Assembly: GCA_036172245.1 (NCBI GenBank)
Contig: JAYWIR010000011.1
Coordinates: forward strand, 3,348,001 to 3,412,000
Origin: Raillietiella orientalis
Lineage: Eukaryota
Reading direction: 5' to 3'
DNA length: 64,000 bases
This document shows, in pieces, positions 1 through 11,639 of this stretch; position 1 is the stretch's first letter; each line of letters begins with the position of its first letter. A program made the position numbers and the translations under genes. The notes below the pieces were generated by a model that saw nothing but the letters and a program-made list of their open reading frames with translations, was not told the DNA's origin and did not search any database.

Positions 1-2800
1 GCGAACGAGGCATTGGGGACGAAGTGGGCGAGAGGGCGCCTCTTTCGTTTCTCCCCCGACCTCTTCCCTGCGGTTGCTGAGCCCCTCCCTCTCCAAGCAC
101 CAGGAGCGGCCCTCTTCCCGGACGCCGCCGTCTACTCATTCCCACCCCCATCCCATCCCATTCCATCCCATCCCCTCCTCCTCCACGTCCGCCGCTCCAG
201 GAAGACGCGCATCCGAACCCGACCTCATCACGTGGATGGGCGCACGCCCACCTCCATCCCTCCCCGCCCACGACAGACACCGGCAGCCCTCCGCACCGGC
301 ACCCTCAGCTCCTTCCTTGCCCGGGACGCCTCCCGCAAGCGGGACGTGATGGACTGTCGAGGGGAGGGGCGCCAGAAGCCACTTTCCGCTCCTTATCCAA
401 ACGCGAAGTTCCTTGGTGAGTCCCATGAAATTAGATAAACGATCCGGTCAAGTGAGCCTTCACCCCGACCCGAGCGCCCTACTACTCTCTGGACCAGACC
501 CCGGGAGAGCTCAAAATGAAAGGAAGAAACCTGGAGAAAGGGAAAGGGGGAGGGTCAGAGAGGGATCCCTTTACTTCTGTCCTACCTCCCCCTCTTCCCC
601 CCCCCCCGAGTTCATGGAGAGAAAGGGAGCGGCTTGGGGATGGCTGCGGGGTCACGAAGTAGTAGCCCGAGCACTCCTCCAGAGGGGAAGCCAAGGGAGC
701 GTCCCCTTCTGCAGCCCCGCTGGGCGCGACTGGCTGAGCGGCGGCTGCGCACAACGCCGCGGCTCCCGCTCGAGCCTTTCCGAGAGAACCTGGCGGGCTC
801 GAGGCTCTCCTCTCCTCCTCTTCCCTCCCCGAAATCGGACGCGGCGCGCGAACAAAGGGACCCTTTTCCCCGGCGGGAGGAGATTCCCGGACGCCGGGAA
901 CCCGCCGGCTCTGATTTGCGAGGGGCAAAGGGGAGCCAGGGAAGGGAAGAGGGGGAATGGAGGCGGCTCGTTGCGCTCGCCTTCCCGCGCCGCCTGCGGC
1001 ACCGCGGCGGCGGCGGCGGCGGCGGCAGTGGCGTCGGGGAGCTCTGGAAAGGGAGGTGGGAGGGGGAGAAGCGAGCGAGCGAGTCGGCTCCGAGCGAGTC
1101 GAAAGGGAAACGCCTGCGTTTGGGGTGGGGTGGGGTGGGGTGGGGTGGGGTGGGGGAGGGCAGGGAGGAAAACAGAGTTCTCCTCGTGCCCTCATGGAAG
1201 CGGCGTCCCGCCAAAGAGTAGGTGGCGAAGAGGAGGTGGGATGGGGTGGGGTGGGGTGGAGGAGGAGGTGAAGCGCCGCCGCCGCTCGCCCTTGATTGAT
1301 GGGCGTCCGTCCCGTCGTTCACGGCGGGGAGCACGGCGTGGGAACCCGCAGCTGAGACCAAGATGGTTCCACTTAGGGGTGCGCCTCACCCGCTCGTCAG
1401 CTGTGCTCGCGAGCTGGATCCTGGGGTCTTTCGTGGGTCTTCTTCATCATGAACCCCCCGCCCCTCCCCCTTCACATATTCCCTTCCCCCCGCCGCCTCT
1501 GCGGCGGCTAAAAAGCAGGCAAAGCTGCTGCTACTGAGTCTCCTCTTCCGCCCCTCCCGTCCGGAAGGGGAGCCACCAGACCGAGCCAGGGGGCGCACCG
1601 ACTCGGGCAAGGAAAGCTCTGCCCGCGTCAGGTGACCTGGCAAAGGAAAGGACCCTCCGCGGAAGGAGGGGAAACCGGAGCGCGTCCTCCTGGCGATGCG
1701 CCGCCGCCGCCGCCGCCACCTTGCCAGCGCCCGATCTCCCCTGCACACGAAAGGCAAGCCGCTCCCTTTCCGCAGGTGCGCGCGAAAGCCTCCCCAGAAG
1801 GGCGGCAGAAGCAGGAGAGGAGGGCGAGGCTTCCTGTCCGAAGGAGTGCCTCTGGCGCTGCGGAGGAAGCCTGGCACCCTGTTCGCAGATCAAGTCCGGC
1901 CGCGTCAGGGCTCTGAATCCCCCGAAAGGCTGAGAAGAACGAGGGAGGCGGGGAGAAGATTTCTGGAAGACGCAACTCCTACCCCCCATCCCCCCCCGCT
2001 ACGGCGAATCGCTCTCCCGCGAAAGGCAGTCCGGTCTCGGAAGACCCAAGGTCACTGCCGCCCATCACGCCATGGATGATGGTGGTTTCCTGCTTCGGTC
2101 TCACCCCTCCACTCTTCTTCACGACGGAAACCGGTGGAGAGTCCAGCGAGCTCTCCGTGGTGGCTCCCCTGGCGGCGCATGACAATCGGAAGCACAGATG
2201 CAGCAGGGACGGACTGTAGAACCGGAATGCCGTCACTGCAATGAAGCAGCGCCAAGGACTCTTCCCCTTTGGTACCTTCCGTGAGCGTCCGCGGGCTTCA
2301 CGGCTCCCCTGCCTACGGACCCCGATGCGGTCCCGAATCAGCTTAGCTCCCGTTTCGACCCTGCTGCCCGCCCGCCAGGGCAACGTAAAGCGAAAGCCGG
2401 ACTGCAGGTTCCCTTCGGACACGCGACCTGCTGCTCTTCGGAGGCTGCTGCAGGTGTTCCGGAAGGCGACGGGGAAACCTGTGAGAACGTTGCCATGGAA
2501 AATGCGATGGCCAGAGAAGGAGGCGCGCGCAGCTTCGGGCAGCTCCCGGATGACCATGTCGTCCGGGGGCTTTCCGAGACCATCTGCCTTCCCCGCCTAA
2601 GGAACGCTCATCTCTGTGGTTGAGGAGGGGCTGCACAGATTGTATGGAGGGCCGCCATCGCCACTGTCTGACTTCCGCGGAGGATCGCCGCCCTAGGACC
2701 GCTATCCTAGGATGAAACAGACAGGGAAGGAAAGGCTAGCTGCATCCCTCATTGCCAGATGGAGGAGGCCCTTCTCCGCATCCCTAAGAGCCGTTGTCGA
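1..2800 (-). mobile_element. Decayed L1-type LINE, ORF1 plus endonuclease, running off the window start
   Basis: Minus-strand relics in the expected order: ORF1 'VIRELPEAAR...HGNVL' (~2550), knuckle-like 'LLHLCFRLSCAARG' (~2200), GDFN-like 'EGDAP' (~705), 'SLDRIVYL' (~450), SDH-like 'STVHHVPL' (~350). Confidence 0.5.
1121..1156 (+). repeat. (TGGGG)7 simple repeat with G-quadruplex potential
   Basis: Read directly. A related run lies at ~1237-1260 and a complementary (CCCAT)n run at ~141-175. Confidence 0.9.
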
Positions 2801-2899
2801 AGGCCTGCGGAAGAAAGGTGCCTCGAGGTCGCATGACGGCGCCACGGCGGCGGAGGTAAGGGGGAGAGGCGGACGCCGTCCACGGCAAGCTCCCAGAGG

Positions 2900-4300
2900 A
2901 GGTCAGTGAGACTGCTGCTTAGAGGCTTCCCTTTCTTGGCGTCACATTCTGGGAGACCCGAGGAAGGGAAAAAATCCTTAGGGGTCTTTCCGCAGTCGCT
3001 ACTTTCGGGTCCATCTTTCCTGCGGAGACCCACCCAGCAGCGATGCGGGAGCGCCCTGCGACTTAATCGAGGCGGCGATCTCGAAGAGGGAACGCGCTGC
3101 GTCCTTCCCTACAGTGGTCCCTGGGAGCTCTCCTGGCCAGACCCGCTCCCTGCTCGCAGACGGTGGTCCCGACGTCTCCGCGACGACCGCAAGCCGACTT
3201 GACGGTTGGCACCCACGGGTGATAAGGCGGGAGATCCTCCTGGGGAAAGCGGGCTCTCCTGCCTCTCGGCGCTGCGCACGTCGAGCGATGCTGCTCCTCG
3301 GATGCCCACTGCAGTTTCCAGAGAGGAGGAGGAGGAGGAGGAGGAAAGGACGTGCGAAAGAGACTGGCAGGTTTCCTGTGGGACCCCACTGCCGGGAGAG
3401 TGAGGGCGGGAGATGTCTTCCTCGCAACGTCAAGGAGAAGGGAACACACGACGGAAAGGAAGCGGCGCTCCACTTGCTCCTCCTACTCCTTGAATTCCCC
3501 GGGGGTGAGGGAAGGAGAGCGGGAAAACAGTCTCGATCCTCCGTCATTCGTACGGCGTTTTCCGCGAGCTCGCGGAGCCAGGGGGGCCAAATCCCTCTCC
3601 TTCCTTTGCAGGTGTCCCATGAAAGGGCGGCTCTCATCCTTCTGGCATCTTTTCCCCGCGCTCGGCCCGTCCGATGGCTGCGTCCGTTTCCCCGTAACCA
3701 AGCACTCAGCCACGCTCCTTCCTGAGCCCGCCCACCGGTTTCGCGAAAGGGGGAAAGTCGGTTCCCTCCGCCCGTTGAGGGAGAGAGGGCGGTGGGTGTG
3801 AGTTTGTTGTGAGTCGCGTCAAAGAGGGAGGGGCCTCTCCCTCCCTCTTCCTTTTCCCCTTGCACCCCAACCGAGTGCCCACGCAAGGTCGCCCTCCGGC
3901 TGCGGGGGAAGGGAAACCCGGCGGCGGCAAGAGGTTCCGGCCGTTCGCTACAGTTCGCACGGCAGGAAGCGAAGGGAAGGGAAGGGAAGAGGAGGTGGAG
4001 GAGTCGGCATGGAGTTCTGGGGAGAGGCGACCGTCGTCACGACGAGGTGGGCACCAGTAAACGCGACCGGAACTCATCCACTCGACAGCGCTTGCCCGCT
4101 CCTGCCAGCTTTAGGGGACTGCGGGCGACGTTTACGCCGACTCGCTGAAGGCCGAAGAGGGGTCGCACTGCTCACTTCCCCCTCCCCTCCCCCTCTCCAG
4201 ATGGGAGGGTTTCCCCGCTGCCTTTCCTCGATACGGGTGGTATATAACGGGGAGCACGTCGGTCCCTCACGTGCGACGCAGCCCTCTGAGCCCCCTCCTC
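2900..4300 (+). mobile_element. Decayed LINE endonuclease/linker fragment
   Basis: 'RGGDLE' (GGDFN-like, ~3070), 'ASRLDG' (~3190) and 'SSDAAP' (SDHxP-like, ~3283) in APE order. Confidence 0.55.
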
Positions 4301-4380
4301 CTCCTTTTCCCCATCACTCCACCGCTTCCCGGGCCCACGAGCGTGGATCGCGTAGGATCGCAGCGGTGCCTCGGCGTCAC

Positions 4381-4531
4381 CTCTCAAGGGGGAGCCCATG
4401 AAGCGCTGCTGCTGTCGCCGCTGCTCGGAGCGGCAGCGGGGTTTCACTTCCACGGGTGCCAACGAGCAGATTGGCGACGGCTCCGTCGTCGAAATGGACC
4501 GCGGGCGCGCGTTCGAGTCCACGCCGCCCGC
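4381..4531 (-). CDS. Gene A coding exon 2 (AGGVDSNARPRSISTTEPSPICSLAPVEVKPRCRSEQRRQQQRFMGSPLR); product unknown
   Basis: Acceptor cttcctcag|G, donor GAG|gtgacg, GC-rich third positions. Phase 0 start matches exon 1, and the exon sits in a gap between LINE relics. Confidence 0.55.
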
Positions 4532-5099
4532 CTGAGGAAGCGCAGGTGACGGCAGAAACGCCATCATGGACCCCCCGCTAGTCTCCTCCCCCTACTCTCC
4601 CGCCCTTCCGTTCCTTCCCAGATTCAGGTCCATCTTCCGGAATTCCCGAAGCGCATGCCGGAAGGCTCAGGCCTTTCGCAACTGAAGATGGAAGCCCCTT
4701 GCGGCGGGAGTTCTCGCGGCTGCTGTCGTCGCAGTTGCGATGGTGACGTCACGGTCGACGAAGGGAGAGGTCAGGATAGAAGCAGCAGTAAGGGGTAGGA
4801 AAGGAGAAGGGAGTCTCAGGAGGAAGGGGATTCGAGAGCACGACGAGTCCCTTTTCTTCCTCCTCTCCGCGTCACCTTTTCAGCATCGTCCTGCTCACAA
4901 GGAAAAGACCGGGCGGGAAGAAATTCATGCTGCCTCTCGTCGGTATGTTCTGGAGCGAACCTGGAAGGGCGGGTTCTGGCCGCCGATGAAAGTTATGCGG
5001 TGCGAAGAAAAAAAGCCAAAGAGACGTCAGAGGAGACTGACTGCATAAGCGTGGGTCCCTAGCAACCACGGGAGGAACTCGTTCCTTTGGTTACGTTCC

Positions 5100-6150
5100 C
5101 GGTGTGCCTCCCTTCCCCTGCACTCCCCGGGGGTCTGCATTCCTCTGCGCTCAAGACTCGCCGGCGGAAGGCCGTCGCCATCTGGAACGCCTGCGGGTGC
5201 TCTCCCCAGAAGACCACGAAACCCTTCTCCGTGGACGCGCGCGGAGGGCGAGCCCTTGGGAACCGGACTTTACACCCCCCCCCTCCAATGCGCTCCCAGG
5301 AGAACGAGCAGGGAAGCACGTGGAGCGACTGCGTGGGGATGACCCCGCGTGCTGTTCGCGGAGGTCCAGAACGAACCGCGTTCCTCCGTCCCGGCTGCTG
5401 CTCCTGCGGGAGCCACGTGCGCCGTTCGGAGAGCCGGTGCAGGGGGAGGAGCACGACCCTTGATTTATCCTTGCTACGACCTTCATACGCAGAGCAAGTG
5501 GAACGCTCCAGTGGGTGGGGGAGCAAGGTAGGCGGCACCCTGGAGGACGGAGGGAAGGGCCCGGTTCGGGAAAACGAAGACGCTGGCAGCTGCGCTGTGA
5601 GCCCGCAAGGACCCGGGGTCATCCGTAGAGGGTCGGGGGCAACTGCGCGCTTCCCTTTCCCCCAATTAAATTGCGGAGAGTGAGTGAACCCTCGCAGACT
5701 CGACGGGACACGAGAATCTCGGCGAAAAAAGGGACGTCGGAGGATGGTTCCTTCCCCTTCCCCCCCTCCTCCCCCTGTCGTGGTCGAGTTCGCCCCGGGA
5801 GGCACAGTTTGGATCCCTAGGGCCTCCTTCTCACTCTCTTCCGTCCGGGAAGGGTTTGCTCCTCCGTTCCCCGTCTCCTCCCAAAGGGGAAATGGGCCAG
5901 AGCGGACAAGGCGAGAAGCGGAAAGGCAGAAGGGGGGGAGGGGAAAAGTCCACGGAGGGGCCGTCGAGATCTTTCCTTGCGCGCGTGCGCGGTGTTCCCG
6001 GGGAAATCGCGTGCGGAGGCTGCCCTTTCTTTCCTCTCCCCGCCCTGGAAGTTCCCTTCTAGGGTTCTGCCCGCGTCTTCTCTTCCGGGAAATTCTTGAG
6101 TTCCTTTCGATCGGAATGCCTCATCCTTGATAAAGGAAAAGACACCGAAG
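5100..6150 (+). mobile_element. Decayed LINE endonuclease fragment in gene A intron 1
   Basis: 'AVAIWNACG' (SWNVRG-like, ~5175), 'SQENE' (QET-like, ~5295), 'SYAE' (YAP-like, ~5485). Confidence 0.55.
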
Positions 6151-6249
6151 TAGCAGCCCCTTCACGCCCTTCTCCTCCGGGCCTGCGCCTGCGCCGAGCC
6201 GGCCCCCCCGTCCAGAGAGCGGCGTGGCGGAACGACACAGCCAGAAGGC

Positions 6250-7900
6250 GGAAAGGGTTCTCTGAACTCCCAACGTTTTCGGAGGAGGAGTCCGAGGGGA
6301 AACGCCCCTTAGGGTCCTGAGCGACCCTTCCCCATCCCCTCAAGAATCGGTGCCGTTTCACATCAGGTGAAACCCAGGGGCACTGTTGGGCAGGAGCGAG
6401 GAGCCGAAGGGAGAGAGGGTCGAGAACCGGGAGAGCGTTACTTAGGCGACTCGGGACAAATGCTGGCGCGCGAGTCGACACACGGACGGGCAGGCGGGAA
6501 GAATTTGAAAAACTAAAATAAAGCAAAGCTGTGCCTCTCGGGTCTCCCTTTCGTGCAGGATGGGGATGGGACTTCGCGCTTGTGGGGAAGAGGGAAAGAG
6601 ACCACAAGAAAAACGCATTCCGCCTCTCCCTGCGTCGAAAGTCTTCCGCGACACACCGGGAACCCTTTCGGATCCCCGCAGCCCCTGCCTCTATCGATGG
6701 GGAGGAAGACATACGTATCTTCCCTGCAAAGACGCCCGGCGACTCCCCCCCCCCCCTCAATCAATCTCTCTCCCCTGCAGCAGCACTCGCGAGGGAGGGG
6801 AGATCTGGAAGCGTGCTGCCACCTCGGTGCGTGGTTCCGCCCTCGCAGGGCGCACTATCGTCTCAGAGAGGAAGAACGTTCGGTCCGGGATCCAGGGAGG
6901 GTCCGTCCCCATGAGCAGCAAGGACCGCCGGAAGGGGAAAGGGAAGAGGAGGAGGAGGAGGAGGAGGAAGGTTCGCTCTCAGACGGCGACGGGAGACGTC
7001 CGAAGAATTCCGCCGCTTCGAGCACGGGTTCCCGGGAAGAGGGGGCCTTCCCTCGGGAAGTAGGCACTTCCCGTCTGACCCGGGGAGGTGGTCGGCCGGT
7101 AGGAAGAAGATTCTCGGCGGAGCCAGGGCTGTGCAGGAGTGTTCGCATCTCCCCCTCCTAGTCCGAAAAGCCGGTCCCGCCCCGCCGGACCCAAGGTCCC
7201 CCACCCTTGCCCTGAGGCTTAATCGAGGGGACAACAGCGATCCTTCCCGATGGCAGGCGGTCAACTCCTTCCGGAGGCCGGCTACGCGGCTCTCCTTGAC
7301 GACTAGGTTCGAGCGAGAGGGCGCGGCCTGCGAACAAGCGGGCGAGGGGGCCGTAGGGCTGGTTCCCTCGGACCATTCAGGAAAGGGTCGGAGCGCAGCG
7401 GTCAAGGAAAGGGCAAGAGTCGGGGGCGCTCCAGACCGCCAGAGGGAGGCTCCGACCAATGGCGGAGCGAGAATTTCCCCTCCCCCTTCCCTTCCCCCTC
7501 CTCCTTCCCCTCCCCCTTCCCCTCCTCCTCTCTGCTTTCCCTACTCCCTCCCTTATTCCAAATTCTCCGCCGCGGGCGCGATGCGGGAAGGCTCCAACTC
7601 GACTTTTCTCCTGCTGGTCCCACTTGATTGAGGGAGAGCTGTACACCCCCCACTCGTTCTTTCCCCCTTCCTCGGGAGCTGAAAGGGTCCCTCCATCGGA
7701 TCTGCCCCACGCACCCGAAGGAGCCTGGCAGCATCCTTTGCCCCTATCCCATCCCAAGGGAACAAAGGGACGGAGTCCACCATCCTTACACTCGCTGTCC
7801 TTCCGCTCTCCCTCTGGAGGTATGCTCCCGAATCCGACCACGCTTGGAGGTCGCCCGGGTTCCATCCCGTGTCCCGGTAGCGGTTCTCGAGATTGCTTCG
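6250..7900 (-). mobile_element. Decayed LINE endonuclease fragment converging on the previous one
   Basis: 'SNLVVKESR' (~7300), 'SAYFP' (~7060), 'AHGDGPSLD' (GDFN-like, ~6910) in order on the minus strand. Confidence 0.45.
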
Positions 7901-8042
7901 AGCAGGGTGCCCGCCCCACCTCTCCCCCCTCTTTCCCTTTCTCCCTCTCCAAGATGGGAGTGGAGAGGGTGATGTGAGAGAGGGTGCGCGCAAGGGCGGG
8001 GGGGGGAGGGAGAAGGAGAAAAGAACGAAGGGAACCACCAAC

Positions 8043-8420
8043 CTGGAAGAAGGCGTCCGCCGGCGCGCAGGTCTCGTTCTCTCGTTTCACCGGGCGCCCG
8101 GCCACGTGCAGGCACTCGGCGGCGCCGCCTCCGCCGCCACTTCCCTGCGCACCCAGCATCCTGTCGCGAGCCGCCTGGTCGTCGGCGTCGCCCGCCACGA
8201 AAGGGAAGCCCAAGCAGGTGAGCTCGGCGGCGCTGCTTTCGCTCTTGCACTCGGCGCCACCGCCACCCGTGTCCTCGGCGCCTGGCAGCGGAGCGCCTCC
8301 GCCTCGGGGGTGGCTAGTCCTGTCGAAGGCGAACTCCCGGTCGCCGCCTCCGCTGCCGCCGCTTCCCGGCTCACCAAAGCCGTAGCCTAGGCAGCGCATC
8401 GGGCAGTCGCACGTATTCAT
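8043..8420 (-). CDS. Gene A first coding exon (MNTCDCPMRCLGYGFGEPGSGG...CAPADAFFQ), Gly/Ala-rich N-terminus; product unknown
   Basis: ATG at 8420, 126 uninterrupted codons with strong GC3 bias, donor CAG|gttggt at 8042, no LINE motifs. Confidence 0.65.
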
Positions 8421-8830
8421 GGGGGTCGCGGGTCCGGGAGACAAGCAGAAGGCCGCCGCCACCTCGCTCCGGGGGGGAGGGAAGGGGAGGAGATGGGGCG
8501 AAAGTCAAAGAGAGGTCCTCGTGGCGAAAGCGGGACCACGAGAGAAAGGGGGAGAGGGAGGTGGCAGCAGACGCCCGTGCGCGCCCAGGAGAAACCGCTC
8601 CGGGGAGACTTCGCCGCCGCTGCCGCCGCTTCTAACGTTCGCACCGCCGCCACAGCGACGATGACCACCAGCACAACAACGGCCGCCGCCTCCGGCTCCT
8701 TCCTGCGAAGGGGATGACGTCTCTGGGTGCGCAGCTCGTGGGGACGGGAAGGGGCAGTCGCTTTTTTCCCCGCGTTCTCTGTTCACCAACATCCCGCGCC
8801 GCTCGACCTAGGCGGCGGGCGCACTCGCAT

Positions 8831-8934
8831 CAACAACCACCGCCACCACCACCACCACCGCCACCGCCACCACCACCACCACCACCACCACCACCACCAC
8901 CACCACCACCACCACCACCACCACCACCACCACC
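8831..8934 (+). repeat. (CAC)n microsatellite, about 100 bp
   Basis: Read directly, with a few CAA/CGC interruptions at its left end. Lies upstream of the gene A ATG. Confidence 0.95.
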
Positions 8935-9799
8935 TTGGAGATGACAACAGCGACGGCGGCTACTGCTGCTCCTGCTGCTGCGAAGAGAGGGGAAAATGGG
9001 CAAAGGGGGAACGGGGGAGGGAGGGAAGGAAGGGGCGGCTTCGAGCTTTCTTTTGTCTCCGCAGGGAGCTCTCGCGTGCCCTAGTGAAGCTTTCTCCCGA
9101 GAGGGGGGGTGGGAACGGCACGACCACCACCACGGTCACGACCGGCACCACCACCGCCGCCGCCGCCGTCGCCGCCTCGCGGGACGAGGCAGGAGCGTCC
9201 ACGCGCGCCTCCCGCTGCCTCTTCTTCTCCCTGCTCTCACTCGCTCCGCTCTTCCCGCTTCGCGGGCGCGAGCGCAGGGGAGGGGAGGGGAGGGGATGGC
9301 CTCCGATCACGGACTGGCCGCGCACTCGCTGCTCTGCACCGCCATCTCCGCGCGCGGAAGATTTCGCACTGCGCCGCGGCTCGGTGGCCGATCCCGCCGA
9401 GACCTTCCCTTTTTCTCCTCCTCCTCCTCCCTCGCTCCCTCCCTCGCTCTCGCTCTCTCTCCCGCAAGGCGACCCACCTAACACGCCGCCGCCGCAGCAG
9501 CTCTCCTGGAATCCCGCGAGCGCAGGAGAGAGCCGACGGACCGGAGCTCGGCCGGAGGACTGGCTCCTCCCTCGTCTTCCCGCCGCCGCAGTGCGCGGAC
9601 CGCCGTTCTCTCTTCCTCTCCCCCTTCCTTTCTCTCCCTCCCCTGCTCCCTCTGCTGGCAGGAACCCTGCACTTGCGGAACGCGCGCGCCTTCGCGCAGG
9701 GAGGATCGCGGCGCTCCTCCCCTGCGCGGAAGGACACACTCCATCTCGGGAGAAGAGGGAGGAATAGAGACGAGAAGGCAGAAAGGAGGGGAGGGAGGG

Positions 9800-11100
9800 A
9801 GAAGAAGAAGCAGGGAGCTGTTGATCCCCCTCGCACCTTGCCCGCCTTTCGCCGGGAACCGCCGGCTCTTTTTCACCGAATCTCGAGTCTCGGATACAGG
9901 AGGGCAGTTCCCTCCTCCTGCCGGCTCCCGACGCATTCCCCCTGCACGGCGGCAGCGCACCTCCTCCCATTCCCAGATCTCGCCCTTTTCACTCCCCTCC
10001 GTCCTTCCACCTCCCTTGGCGCTCCCGTTTCTTCTTCTTCTCCTCCTCCTCCTCCTTCCCCGACCGAGAAACCGAGGGAAGGACACGCACAAAAAGAAGA
10101 GGGGAGGAGGGGGAGGAGGAGAAAGGAAGGAAAGCGGCGGAGAGGGAGGAGCTGCTCGCATCCCACGCTTGGACAACACGTGGGAACGATATAATCGGGA
10201 TGACGGGACGCTTATTGAAACCATCTGTTCCGCTCGCAGACCTCCTGCGGGAAGGAAGGATGGTGGCGTTCGGGTCCGCCGGGAGCGTTCCTCTCTCTCT
10301 CTCTCGAGGCGGTCGGCGCTCTCTCTCCTCGAGGAGCGTCTTCCTCCCTCCTCCGTCTCCCTCCCGCTCCTCCGCCTCCTCGGAGTCCCCCACCGCGCTC
10401 CCCACACTGACCCTCTTCTCTCCCCCACTCGTTCTCTTGGAAAGAAAGAGAGCAAGCAGCAGGTTGGACTTAGCTTCATCTACGGGGAGCCTCCTCGCGC
10501 GGAGTTCTCCAGGTTTCCCTAGCGCGGGAGGAGACGACGCAAAAAAGCGCTCCCCCCCCCCGGACTCGTACTGTGAGCATCTGCGCTTCGTCACGCAGAA
10601 AACACGGCGCGGAAAAAAAGAAAGAGCTCGAAGGAAGGAAGGAAGGCAAGAAGGGGGGTGGGGACTCTCAAGGAAGGGGGAGAGAAAGTTGAAACGAAGG
10701 GAAAACCACTCTTCGAGGGCGAGGAGCAGAGGTCTCTCCCTTCGGACGAGGACGCTCCTCTTCCGGAGGAAGGAAGGGGTGGATGGAGGATAGGGAGGCA
10801 GGGGACAGACGTCCCTCCTCCTCGGTCAAACAGAGCCACCTTCCACAAGAGGAACCTCTCCCGATGTCGCGTCCGGCAACGACGGGAGAGAAGCGGATAC
10901 TCTCGTTCTCGGTAGATGATCACTTCCCGGATCCCTCGACACGTGTGCAGGGGGAGCAGAAAGAACGCAGAGCAGCAGCAGGAACGGAAAAGCGTCACTT
11001 CGGAGGAGAACGCCCATCGTGCAGAGAGTGCCGATTCTGTGCCGTGTCCGCGCGGCAAGGAGAATCGGTGGCGGCGCGCGCACTGCTCTCGAAGAAAAGT
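9800..11100 (+). mobile_element. Probable decayed LINE endonuclease fragment, intergenic
   Basis: 'RASSRLDL' (~10450) and a weak GDFN-like relic near 10185; the rest is low complexity. Confidence 0.35.
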
Positions 11101-11174
11101 CCGGAACACGAAAGAGCCAGTCAGAAAGCTGCGCTCTGGGTTTTTGACTCAGGCAGGCAGGTGTTGCCGATAGA

Positions 11175-11355
11175 TTCGCGGCAACAATGCATTGGCTCCG
11201 TCGGCGTGTTCGCGACAACAATCCGATTTCGTAACAATGAGGGTTTTTTTTTTTTTCCGTTAGGGGGAGGGGGGGGGGGGGAACACGCTTTCGCGACAAC
11301 AATGCGATTTCGGTAGCCCTGCGCGCTCCCCACAGTGATGGTTTCGCAGCAATGG
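11175..11355 (+). promoter_or_regulatory. Cluster of TTCG(CG)-x-CAACAATG-like motifs, candidate promoter elements of gene B
   Basis: AACAAT at 11183, 11217, 11233 and 11298, plus AGCAATG at 11348, each preceded by TTCG. Lies 75-250 bp before aaaATGG at 11429. Confidence 0.5.
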
Positions 11356-11428
11356 GGTGATCGGGTGGTCCATGCAGCTAGAGAAAAAGCTTTAGGTCTG
11401 AGCAAGACCTAAAGTTCGTCCCGGTAAA

Positions 11429-11514
11429 ATGGCTCCAAGGCAAGGCAACCCCTTTTGCAGTGGCAAGGGTTGTTACTGCTTCATCGATACCGCATCCCAG
11501 CAACAAACCACACA
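11429..11514 (+). CDS. Gene B candidate first exon (MAPRQGNPFCSGKGCYCFIDTASQQQTT)
   Basis: aaaATGG context, donor CA|gtgagt at 11515, non-LINE island downstream of the motif cluster. Confidence 0.4.
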
Positions 11515-11639
11515 GTGAGTTATGGCCGACCCAGTGTTGGCTCTGGTCATTCTGCAGCAACGGCACATTTTCTTGTGCGTTGCTCTCACCGTGGTGTCAT
11601 GCATGCGATTTTTTTTTTTTTTTTTTTTCGCACACCTGA

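Noticed and set aside
413..1537. Long ORFs such as 413-1537, 9109-10194 and 60687-61937
   Set aside because: Arg/Gly/Pro/Ser-rich, overlapping in several frames and without codon bias, as expected from stop-codon scarcity in GC-rich decayed repeats.
3109..3308. Third exon of gene A (VGIRGAASLDVRSAERQESPLSPGGSP), in phase and with a good acceptor
   Set aside because: The opposite strand carries GGD, SRLD and SDxxP endonuclease relics and there is no convincing donor. More likely LINE sequence, though exonisation is not excluded.
8727..9767. 346-aa poly-His ORF and the overlapping poly-Pro ORF
   Set aside because: Produced by the (CAC)n microsatellite and GC-rich low complexity; no ATG start and no codon bias.
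11175..11355. CRISPR-like array
   Set aside because: Units are short, degenerate and irregularly spaced, the context is eukaryotic, and there are no cas genes.
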